From Bacteroidota bacterium (lineage in GTDB: Bacteria; Bacteroidota; Bacteroidia; Chitinophagales; Chitinophagaceae), in NCBI GenBank assembly GCA_037975805.1, contig JBANFX010000017.1, forward strand, positions 5,569 to 69,568: a stretch of DNA of 64,000 nucleotides, given 5' to 3'. The notes under the pieces are model-generated. The model saw only the letters and a list, made by a program, of their open reading frames with translations, searched no databases and had not been told where the DNA came from. Position 1 is the first letter of the stretch. Each line of letters begins with the position of its first letter. The translations under genes and the position numbers were made by a program. Shown here piece by piece: positions 51,107 through 59,406 of this stretch.

Positions 51107-51888
51107 GATTGGATGGCTTTATCTAAAAAATTAGGAATAAAATGAGTATAGGTATAATGAATAGGAGAGGTTTCATCTAAGTGGTTCATTATACGTTCCC
51201 ATTTTTCAATACCAAATTCATCAATAATTTTTTGCTTGGTAGATGGTTCATTAAAGTATACAACTAGTTCTCTTAAATCGGCTTCCGGATGAAATTGTAC
51301 GCCGTACATTTTTTCTGAAAACTTAATACCCATAATGGCTCTTTCTAATGGAACAGTTGGTCTCATTTTTTCAAGTGCAATAATTTTTGCATTCATCAAA
51401 TTTATTTTCTCATCGTTGGGTTCAATAATTTGATAAGATCTGCTTTCCATTGCATAAAAAGTATCTTCTAGTCCATTGAACAATTCATCTTCTATTAATG
51501 CATGAACTGGTAATATTCCAATTTGTCTGGACTTCCTTAAACATACTTTGCCTAAATTAAAATGTCTGCATGCAATTTGAAAACTATGACAAATTAAAAA
51601 AACAGGTTTATGTATTGCATATATATGTTCCAACCATCTTGTATACTGAATATCCCATTGCGCTGTGGCACTATCTATGGGAGAGCCTGGGCCCCCACTA
51701 CATAAATAAACATCATAGCTGTCGTTGGGTATTTCGCTTTTACCTCTTGTATTGTAAATGTTTAATTCAACTTCCAGTCCTTTTTCATTTCCCCACACCT
51801 GTATAATATTATGTAAGCATCGCATGCCTAAATTAGGCGTACCATCATACATATCCAAAACGGCAATCTTGATGGGGGAGGGTCCCAT
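51103..51888 (-). CDS. Class I glutamine amidotransferase-like protein (stand-alone)
   Basis: SGGPGSP oxyanion motif, nucleophile elbow ICHSFQ, and QFHPE catalytic His-Glu. Confidence 0.85.
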   Translation of the reverse strand: MGPSPIKIAVLDMYDGTPNLGMRCLHNIIQVWGNEKGLEVELNIYNTRGKSEIPNDSYDVYLCSGGPGSPIDSATAQWDIQYTRWLEHIYAIHKPVFLICHSFQIACRHFNLGKVCLRKSRQIGILPVHALIEDELFNGLEDTFYAMESRSYQIIEPNDEKINLMNAKIIALEKMRPTVPLERAIMGIKFSEKMYGVQFHPEADLRELVVYFNEPSTKQKIIDEFGIEKWERIMNHLDETSPIHYTYTHFIPNFLDKAIQS

Positions 51889-53036
51889 TATAAATAACTT
51901 AAGTTTGTTTTAGGACTTAACTGTAGTAAGGTCTCGTACATAAGTTGAATTGTGTCCATAATGTCTTTTTTATGTATCATTTCCACAGTGGTATGCATGT
52001 ATCTTAAAGGAATTGAAATTAAAACAGAAGGACATCCATCATTTGCATAGGCAAAACTATCTGTATCTGTACCAGTGCTTCTGCTCAAGGTTCTAAATTG
52101 TACTGGAATTTTTTTCGCTTTCGCAGTATCTTCCACAATTGACAATAGTTTATTGTGTATTGCAGGGGCATATGCTAAGGAAGGGCCCTTGCCGCATTGT
52201 ATGTCACCTTCAATTGCTTTGTTAATCATTGGAGTATGTGTATCATGCGTTACATCGGTTACAATTGCAATATTGGGTTTAATTCGGCGGGCAATCATTT
52301 CTGCACCTCTTAAACCAATTTCTTCCTGAACGGCATTAACAACGTATAAACCAAATGGTAATTTCTTTTTATTTTCTTTTAATAAACGTGCTACTTCTGC
52401 AATCATAAATCCCCCCACTCTGTTGTCAAAGGCGCGGCCAATAATAAAATCATGTGCGAGTTCATCAAATCCTTCTTCATAGGTAACTACTGCGCCAATA
52501 TGTATCCCTAATGCTTCCACTTCCTTTTTTGATCTTGCTCCACAATCCAAAGTAAGATTGTCTACTTTAGGTTGTGGTTCTTTTTGTTCAGGATTGCTTA
52601 AGCGTGTGTGTATCGCTGGCCATCCAAACACAGCTTTAACGGGCCCTTTTTTTCCATGAATCCAAACGCGCATACTAGGAGCAATTTGATGGTCCACGCC
52701 TCCGTTTCTTTTTAAATAAATTAAACCTTGGTCACTAATATAATTTACAAACCAACTAATTTCATCGGCATGAGCTTCAATAACTACTTTAAATGCGGCA
52801 TCAGGATTAATTACACCTACTGCCGTTCCGTAAGGATCGGTAAATGTAGAATCCACATATTTTGAAATATAATTTAACCAAAGTTTTTGTCCACTGGTTT
52901 CGAATCCAACGGGAGAAGGGTTATTTATGTATTCTTTTAAAAAAGAATAAGAAGCTGCATTAATAATTTCTTTTTTACCCTTGATTCTAGAAGTTGTATT
53001 ACTTGATTTTGCTGTTTTGATATTTGCCTTTGCCAT
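51888..53036 (-). CDS. M42 family metallo-aminopeptidase
   Basis: PSPVGFE, AHADEI, DNRVG, QEEIGLRG, DVTH, TGTD and RYMHT motifs. Confidence 0.92.
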   Translation of the reverse strand: MAKANIKTAKSSNTTSRIKGKKEIINAASYSFLKEYINNPSPVGFETSGQKLWLNYISKYVDSTFTDPYGTAVGVINPDAAFKVVIEAHADEISWFVNYISDQGLIYLKRNGGVDHQIAPSMRVWIHGKKGPVKAVFGWPAIHTRLSNPEQKEPQPKVDNLTLDCGARSKKEVEALGIHIGAVVTYEEGFDELAHDFIIGRAFDNRVGGFMIAEVARLLKENKKKLPFGLYVVNAVQEEIGLRGAEMIARRIKPNIAIVTDVTHDTHTPMINKAIEGDIQCGKGPSLAYAPAIHNKLLSIVEDTAKAKKIPVQFRTLSRSTGTDTDSFAYANDGCPSVLISIPLRYMHTTVEMIHKKDIMDTIQLMYETLLQLSPKTNLSYL

Positions 53037-53142
53037 AAGTAGTAGTTTAAATGTATCGAGTGCAAGATACTACTTTATGTATTTAAATTTTAGCCCGTTT
53101 TCCTGATATTATTAATACTTTTGCGCTTACTAAATACTTTTA

Positions 53143-54123
53143 ATGAACGCTCCTTTTGATATCAACCAGTTATGGAATTTATCCAATGATCAATTTTTAA
53201 ATTTGGCCAAGGAGCTTTGTGTTTTTCAGGCCCAAAACAACCCTATTTATAAACAGTGGCTCACACTTTCTGGGCAGTCTATTGAAAGTATACATGCAAC
53301 ACATACCATTCCTTTTTTGCCCATTTCTTTTTTTAAAAATCAGGATGTGTTCATTGGCGAAAAACCAAAAACATTGTTTGAAAGTAGCGGTACTACACAG
53401 GATGTTGTAAGCAAACATTGGGTTGCGGATACCCAAATTTACGAGGCTAGTTTTTTGCGCTGTTTTGAGCTTTTTTATGGCAAGCCCTCTGATTACTGCA
53501 TTATTGGATTGCTGCCTTCATATTTAGAACGCAAGCATTCTTCATTGGTATATATGGTTAATAAATTAATTCAAATGTCGGGTCACCCACAAAGTGGATT
53601 TTACTTGAATGAATTTGAGCAATTAAACGAGGTTTTAAAAACACTAGAAGCCAAAAAAGAAAATACGTGGTTTATTGGGGTAAGTTTTGGTTTAATAGAT
53701 TTTTCTACTGCTTTTCCTCAACAATTAAAATATGCAAAGGTTATTGAAACTGGTGGCATGAAAGGTCGAAAAGAAGAACTCACCAAAACGGAATTGCATA
53801 GTTTATTAAAGGCTAATTTAGGGGTTGATATTATTCATTCTGAATATGGCATGACCGAGCTGTTAAGTCAAGCCTATTCATTGGGAAATGGTTTGTTCAA
53901 ATGCCCACCGTGGATGAAGGTGTTGGTAGGAGAAGCGCAGGATCCAACTGCCCTTAAATCAAATGGAAGGGGTGTTTTGCATATCATTGATTTAGCCAAT
54001 ATTTATAGTTGTGCATTTATAGCTACACAGGATATAGGAGAGGTTTATGAAGACGGTACTTTTCAAGTATCAGGAAGGTTAGATCACAGTGACAGAAGAG
54101 GCTGTAGTTTACTGGCGATATAA
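53143..54123 (+). CDS. LuxE-like acyl-protein synthetase / acyl transferase
   Basis: PFLPISFFK, FESSGTT, ETGGMKG, HSEYGMTELLSQ, IDLAN, ATQD and GR motifs. Confidence 0.82.
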   Translation: MNAPFDINQLWNLSNDQFLNLAKELCVFQAQNNPIYKQWLTLSGQSIESIHATHTIPFLPISFFKNQDVFIGEKPKTLFESSGTTQDVVSKHWVADTQIYEASFLRCFELFYGKPSDYCIIGLLPSYLERKHSSLVYMVNKLIQMSGHPQSGFYLNEFEQLNEVLKTLEAKKENTWFIGVSFGLIDFSTAFPQQLKYAKVIETGGMKGRKEELTKTELHSLLKANLGVDIIHSEYGMTELLSQAYSLGNGLFKCPPWMKVLVGEAQDPTALKSNGRGVLHIIDLANIYSCAFIATQDIGEVYEDGTFQVSGRLDHSDRRGCSLLAI

Positions 54124-54158
54124 TAAAGGAAAGTAGTAAGCTATTGTATTTTAAAAAA

Positions 54159-55625
54159 TTATTCTTTAAATAATTTTTCAATCTCTGACATGTACATGTC
54201 GTTTAATCCATAATTATATTGTCTTTTATCAGCCCTATCTCTATTTTTAATAATTAATGGTTCGCTGTTTTGAGTAGCCATTTTGAATTTTTGATTTATT
54301 TTAATAAAATGGTCACTTCTACTCTTATTTTGGGTGAGGGTATCTTTTTGTTGTACACCAATAATTTTATTAATTGTCTTGGTAGAAACTTCTTCACCTT
54401 TTAAATGTTTTTTGTATAACACTTCAATTAATTCTTTTTCAACAATATTAATAGCGTTGAAAAAGTTTTGGTATAAATAAACTGTTACCTCCTTGGGTAT
54501 TTTTTTTAGTCGAAAAAATCGCGTACTTAATCCAATTACAAGTAGTAATAAACAAATGCCAATAAATAAATTTGTTTTATAATTTGAATAAAGTATTGTT
54601 ATAGTTTCAATGAAATTAGTTTTATTCGAGTAAATGCTTGAAGATTTGTTTGCGTCTATTGCTTTAAAGTTGATATTTGTTTTTAACCAGGTCAATGAAT
54701 CATTTTCAAGTAAATTCATGAAGTATAAATCGGTTCCAAGGTTAAATTGAAAACCTGATTCAATGCCTCTTTTATTTGAATTGTAAATACTCAACCAAAC
54801 GTCTCTTAGTTTACTCGTTTCTTGGTCATTAAAATTTCCTATTTTATTGGCTTCAAAATCTATCCAAAAAAATTCTAATTGACTTTGAAATACGTAATAG
54901 TTATCAAATCTTAATTCAAAATCATGTGCGCGCTTTGTACTCATGATTTTTTTGAATTCGGGCGTAAGTTTTCCGAGTGTAGTCCAAATTTTCGTATTAA
55001 AGTTATACATGTAACAACTGTCTGTGGCAGCCGTTTCAAATGAGTAGGGATATTTAGGATAGTAGTATGAATTTGAGACGTATAATTTGGGGTCTATTCT
55101 GTTTCCTTGATAATGCATTACGGCATCCTTGATATCATCAAAATAGGTTGGGATGGATTTATTGGTTTGTACCATTTCCCATTGTCTTGTTTGTGGGCTA
55201 TAATAAGTTAAAATTCCTCTTATGTTCCAAAATCCGAGTCCACCCATTTGATATAAAGTGTCTTTTATAAAGAAGTTTTGAGCATAAAAATTGGATCCAG
55301 TATGTACCGTTAAATCGAGTCTTTCAAGAAGTATAGAGCCATTTTCTTTAATGGCCTTATACAATCTACCTGTTCCTAGCGGCTGAACATATACGTCTTT
55401 GCCTTTTTTGAGAATATTTGATTTTGTAAAGAGTTCGTTTGATAAACCAAATCCAAAGGTATTATTTATAGTAAAGCTGGTATTATTTATAGTATCGTCC
55501 AATAAAAGTTGAAGAAGTTTAACTTCATGCTTTTTTAATGGGTTACTTTCCTTTTGAGCAAATAATGAGCTTGTTAAGTTAGCAAGCAATATTAAGATTA
55601 TGACTTTTTTTAAAGATAGACCCAT
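54159..55625 (-). CDS. Hypothetical membrane-spanning protein: exported kelch-like domain, TM helix and cytoplasmic winged-helix-like domain
   Basis: Signal peptide (...LFAQ), kelch-like LYQMGGLGFW...YY...W repeats, TM LFIGICLLLLVIGL, and a basic C-terminal domain ending ...DRADKRQYNYGL. Confidence 0.55.
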   Translation of the reverse strand: MGLSLKKVIILILLANLTSSLFAQKESNPLKKHEVKLLQLLLDDTINNTSFTINNTFGFGLSNELFTKSNILKKGKDVYVQPLGTGRLYKAIKENGSILLERLDLTVHTGSNFYAQNFFIKDTLYQMGGLGFWNIRGILTYYSPQTRQWEMVQTNKSIPTYFDDIKDAVMHYQGNRIDPKLYVSNSYYYPKYPYSFETAATDSCYMYNFNTKIWTTLGKLTPEFKKIMSTKRAHDFELRFDNYYVFQSQLEFFWIDFEANKIGNFNDQETSKLRDVWLSIYNSNKRGIESGFQFNLGTDLYFMNLLENDSLTWLKTNINFKAIDANKSSSIYSNKTNFIETITILYSNYKTNLFIGICLLLLVIGLSTRFFRLKKIPKEVTVYLYQNFFNAINIVEKELIEVLYKKHLKGEEVSTKTINKIIGVQQKDTLTQNKSRSDHFIKINQKFKMATQNSEPLIIKNRDRADKRQYNYGLNDMYMSEIEKLFKE

Positions 55626-55856
55626 ACACCAAAATTATATAAAAAATACAATAAGAAATTTACTTATTTGTTTTTCATCAAAATTTATAATATATTAATA
55701 TGTAAATAATTGATAAACAATATATAATTATAATTTATAATTTTTCACATCTTTCAGTATGTAAATTAGAAAATACACTAATACTTTAGAGCAAATTTGC
55801 TTTATAAGAAAAATATAAATATTTCAAATTAAAGAAATATTAAATATATAAAAAAT

Positions 55857-55880
55857 ATTATCCTTTGGGGGAAGGATAAT
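55857..55880 (-). terminator. Hairpin acting as probable minus-strand terminator for the dapD-EamA transcript
   Basis: ATTATCCTT-N6-AAGGATAAT, followed on the minus strand by an A/T run (ATTTTT...). Confidence 0.5.
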
Positions 55881-55881
55881 C

Positions 55882-55920
55882 GGGGTGGTGGGGATTCGTC
55901 TCTATCACCCCAACTTTTTT
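55882..55920 (+). terminator. Plus-strand-specific 13-bp hairpin with UUCG loop and U-tract, with no + strand gene upstream
   Basis: GGGGTGGTGGGGA-TTCG-TCTCTATCACCCC-AAC-TTTTTT. Its three G-U pairs form only on the + strand RNA. Confidence 0.65.
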
Positions 55921-56840
55921 GATGCTGCTTCTTTACTAATGCGTAAGACACCAGCAATCACTAAACAGGTTCCCAAAACTTGTTGCCAGCTGAAAGATTC
56001 ACCTAATATCCAATTTGCTTGGAATAAAGTGGCCACGGGACCAATACTTGTTACAATAGCCAAATTATTACTGCCTAACCTTTTCATACCTGAACTTAAT
56101 AAAAAGGATGGGATCACAGTGGCTATCATTGCCAGAGCAATTACAAACCAAAGAATATTGGATGGAATAGGATAAATGATAGCGTTGATTCCACTATTAT
56201 TTACTTTTTGTAAGATATAATGGACAAATATACTAATGCTTGCTGCTAGCATAGCAACACATGTATATAAACTGGCCCCCATCACAGGAACTAATTTTCC
56301 AGTGCCTACCAAGTAAAAGGCATAAGTAATACCACATAACAAAACCATGATTGATCCATAAATAAATAATTGAGTATTTGGCATTAAATGCAATTCACCC
56401 CAATAGGCTATTGCAATACCAAGGTAGGTAATAAAAATAGATGACCATTGCCGTTTGGTAATGGGTATTTTAAAAATAATCCGGTTAATGACTACGGCCA
56501 TTGTTGGATAAACAAAAAGAATAATTCGCTCAATCCCTGCACTCACATATTGCAGGCCTATAAAATCAAATAAACTACTCATGTAGTAGCCTAACAACCC
56601 CATTGCAACAGCCCACAAATAATGTTTTTTATGTAATGATTCTTTGAACTTTGATTTATTTAAAATTAAAATAATCAAATAAAAAGGAAATGCTATTAAC
56701 ATCCGCAACATAAGTAATGTTGTGGCGTCAATAGCACTTTCTCTAAAACAAAGTTTTATCCAAATAGCTTTTGTAGAAAATAAAATGGTTCCTAAAATGG
56801 CTATAATAAAACCTTGGTGATATGATAGTTTCTTTTTTAT
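55905..56840 (-). CDS. DMT/EamA family transporter (probable true start ATA at 56840; first ATG at 56711)
   Basis: Two EamA repeats. The frame stays open 43 codons upstream of ATG 56711 and encodes a TM1-like segment (GFIIAILGTILFSTKAIWIK). Confidence 0.8.
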   Translation of the reverse strand: MKKKLSYHQGFIIAILGTILFSTKAIWIKLCFRESAIDATTLLMLRMLIAFPFYLIILILNKSKFKESLHKKHYLWAVAMGLLGYYMSSLFDFIGLQYVSAGIERIILFVYPTMAVVINRIIFKIPITKRQWSSIFITYLGIAIAYWGELHLMPNTQLFIYGSIMVLLCGITYAFYLVGTGKLVPVMGASLYTCVAMLAASISIFVHYILQKVNNSGINAIIYPIPSNILWFVIALAMIATVIPSFLLSSGMKRLGSNNLAIVTSIGPVATLFQANWILGESFSWQQVLGTCLVIAGVLRISKEAASKKLG

Positions 56841-57649
56841 ACAGCTACATTAAAATCTCTTAATGCATCATTTAAACTAGTCTTTAAATCGGTACTTGGT
56901 TTGCGTTTACCAATAATTAAAGCACAACTTACTTGGTAGTCACCTGCAGGAAAAGATTTTTTATAAGACCCAGGAATCACAACACTTCTAGCGGGTACAC
57001 GTCCTTTATATTCAAGAGGTGTTTCACCACTTACATCAATAATTTTAGTACTCTTAGTTAAAACTACATTGGCACCTAATACAACTTCTTTTTCTAAATG
57101 TACTCCTTCAACTACAATACATCGGCTTCCAATAAAACAACCATCTTCCACAATCACAGGACTTGCTTGCAATGGCTCTAAAACTCCACCAATGCCAACA
57201 CCACCACTTAAGTGAACATTCTTTCCAATTTGTGCACAGCTTCCAACAGTTGCCCATGTATCCACCATTGTACCTTCATCAACATAGGCGCCAATGTTTA
57301 CATAGCTTGGCATTAACACAACGTTTTTTGCCAAGTATGCACCATATCTTGCCACTGCATGGGGAACAGCACGAACCCCTAGTTCGGCATAGCCCGATTT
57401 TAATAACATTTTATCGTGAAATTCAAAGGGTGCTAATTCCCATGTTTTCATTTGTTGAATTCCAAAGTACATTAATATGGCTTGCTTTACCCATTCATTC
57501 ACTACCCAATCATTTCCTTTAGGTTCGGCTACCCTGAGTCTTCCTTTATCAACTTCTTCAATTACTTCACGAATAGCATCACTGTATGTTTCCTCTTTTA
57601 ATAATGCACGGTCATTCCATGCAGCTTCAATCTTAATTTGTAAGTCCAT
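56837..57649 (-). CDS. dapD: 2,3,4,5-tetrahydropyridine-2,6-dicarboxylate N-succinyltransferase
   Basis: NEWVKQAIL, LMPSYVNIGAYVDEGTMVDTWATVGSCAQIG, GGVLEPLQA and DLKTSLNDALR motifs. Confidence 0.97.
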   Translation of the reverse strand: MDLQIKIEAAWNDRALLKEETYSDAIREVIEEVDKGRLRVAEPKGNDWVVNEWVKQAILMYFGIQQMKTWELAPFEFHDKMLLKSGYAELGVRAVPHAVARYGAYLAKNVVLMPSYVNIGAYVDEGTMVDTWATVGSCAQIGKNVHLSGGVGIGGVLEPLQASPVIVEDGCFIGSRCIVVEGVHLEKEVVLGANVVLTKSTKIIDVSGETPLEYKGRVPARSVVIPGSYKKSFPAGDYQVSCALIIGKRKPSTDLKTSLNDALRDFNVAV

Positions 57650-57753
57650 TTATTGTCAATTTTGGCAAAAATACATGCTCCATCTTTATTTTTCCTCAAT
57701 TCTTTTACACAATAAATCACCCTAATTATTGAAGGTATTGTTTAATTTGCATC

Positions 57754-58326
57754 ATGTTTGCCCACCACGATGATATTAAAGCCTGTCTTGAAGCACTTCA
57801 AAAAGGAGGTTTAATTTTATACCCTACGGACACGGTTTGGGGAATAGGTTGTGATGCAACAAATGAAGCTGCAGTAAAGCGTGTGTTTGAACTTAAAAAA
57901 AGAGTAGATACGAAAGCCATGATTATTTTAGTTCAAAATGAACAATCTATTTTGAACTATGTTCAAGTAAATGAATTGCAAGTGTTTGATTATATAAAAG
58001 GTATCCATAAACCAACCACTGTTATTTATCAAAATGCAAGGAATTTAGCCCATAATTTAATGGCTGAGGATGGAACAGTTGCTATTCGTGTATGTAAAGA
58101 TAAATTTTGCCAGGAATTAATTAGTGCGTTAGGCAAACCTATTGTAAGCACCTCTGCAAATATTTCAACTTATCCAACGCCTTTATGCTTTAATGATATA
58201 TCCATGGAAATTATTGAAGGTGTAGACTATGTTGTGAAACATCGCAGAGACGAAACCGAATTGCAACAACCCTCTTCCATTATTAAGTGGGATGAAAATG
58301 GGCAATTAATCATTATTAGACATTAA
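57754..58326 (+). CDS. tsaC: L-threonylcarbamoyladenylate synthase (YrdC/TsaC domain)
   Basis: YPTDTVWGIGCDA, AIRV, PIVSTSAN and PSSII motifs. Confidence 0.9.
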   Translation: MFAHHDDIKACLEALQKGGLILYPTDTVWGIGCDATNEAAVKRVFELKKRVDTKAMIILVQNEQSILNYVQVNELQVFDYIKGIHKPTTVIYQNARNLAHNLMAEDGTVAIRVCKDKFCQELISALGKPIVSTSANISTYPTPLCFNDISMEIIEGVDYVVKHRRDETELQQPSSIIKWDENGQLIIIRH

Positions 58327-58371
58327 AGTTGATGATAAATTGTCTCATCATTTTTTAAAGTATATACTAGC

Positions 58372-59394
58372 ATGTATAAAATTGGGATTATTCAAACTGC
58401 TTTTATAGGTGATGTTGTATTAAGTACAGCATTGATTGAATCCTTGCATGCAAAACATCCTGAAGCAGAAATTGAGATTATTGTAAGAAAAGGAAATGAA
58501 GCGTTGTTTTATGAGCATCCATTTATTAACAAAGTAATTGTATGGGATAAGCAGCGCGCCAAGTATTCTAATTGGTTAAAAGTACTGCATCAGTTGCGCG
58601 CGCAGCAATATGACGTTTTAATCAATGTGCAAAGGTATGCTGCTACTGGTTTATGGATGGTTTTTTCAAAAGCTAAAATAAAAATAGGATTTGATAAAAA
58701 TCCTTTCTCTTTTTTATTTACGCATAAAGTAAAACATGAAGCCATGCAACCAGGATTGCATGAAATTCAAAAAAATCATATGCTTATTCAAGTGTTGGAT
58801 GCCGCTATTCCTTTGTGTAAACCAAAACTATATCCATCCCCTTCTGATTTTGAGAAAGTTAAATTTTTGCAATCTCAGCCCTATATATGCATTGCACCTG
58901 CATCAGTTTGGTACACCAAACAATTTCCGTTGGAACAATGGGTTCAATTTTTGAATACCTTAAATTTTGAAGGGAAGGTATATATCATTGGAGGTCCCGG
59001 GGATCGAAAAATCGCAGATCAAATCATTAATGAAACCGCAGACAATGCAAAAGTTAAAAATCAGATAGTGAATGTTGCGGGTCAACTCCATTTTTTAAGC
59101 TCGGCTGCATTGCAAAAAAGTGCCGTATTAAATTATGTAAATGATTCCGCGCCAATGCATTTTGCTTCGGCTGTGAATGCGCCTGTGGTGGCCATTTATT
59201 GTTCAACCATTCCCGAATTTGGGTATGGACCATTATCCGAAAATTCCTTTATTGTTCAAACGCAAAAGCAATTAAGTTGTAAACCTTGTGGTATTCATGG
59301 TAAAAAAGCCTGCCCATTGGGTCATTTTAATTGTGCTTTAAGCATTGAGATGCAACAATTATATACTCCATTGGTTCAAATGAAGCAACATTAG
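58372..59394 (+). CDS. Glycosyltransferase family 9 (heptosyltransferase-like)
   Basis: TAFIGDVVL, APASVWYTKQFP, NDSAPMHFASA and CKPCGIHG...CPLGHFNC motifs. Confidence 0.88.
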   Translation: MYKIGIIQTAFIGDVVLSTALIESLHAKHPEAEIEIIVRKGNEALFYEHPFINKVIVWDKQRAKYSNWLKVLHQLRAQQYDVLINVQRYAATGLWMVFSKAKIKIGFDKNPFSFLFTHKVKHEAMQPGLHEIQKNHMLIQVLDAAIPLCKPKLYPSPSDFEKVKFLQSQPYICIAPASVWYTKQFPLEQWVQFLNTLNFEGKVYIIGGPGDRKIADQIINETADNAKVKNQIVNVAGQLHFLSSAALQKSAVLNYVNDSAPMHFASAVNAPVVAIYCSTIPEFGYGPLSENSFIVQTQKQLSCKPCGIHGKKACPLGHFNCALSIEMQQLYTPLVQMKQH

Positions 59395-59406
59395 TACATT
59401 TGCGCC

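Noticed and set aside
53143-54123. Bioluminescence operon
   Set aside because: Only a luxE-like gene is present; luxAB, luxC and luxD are absent from the window.
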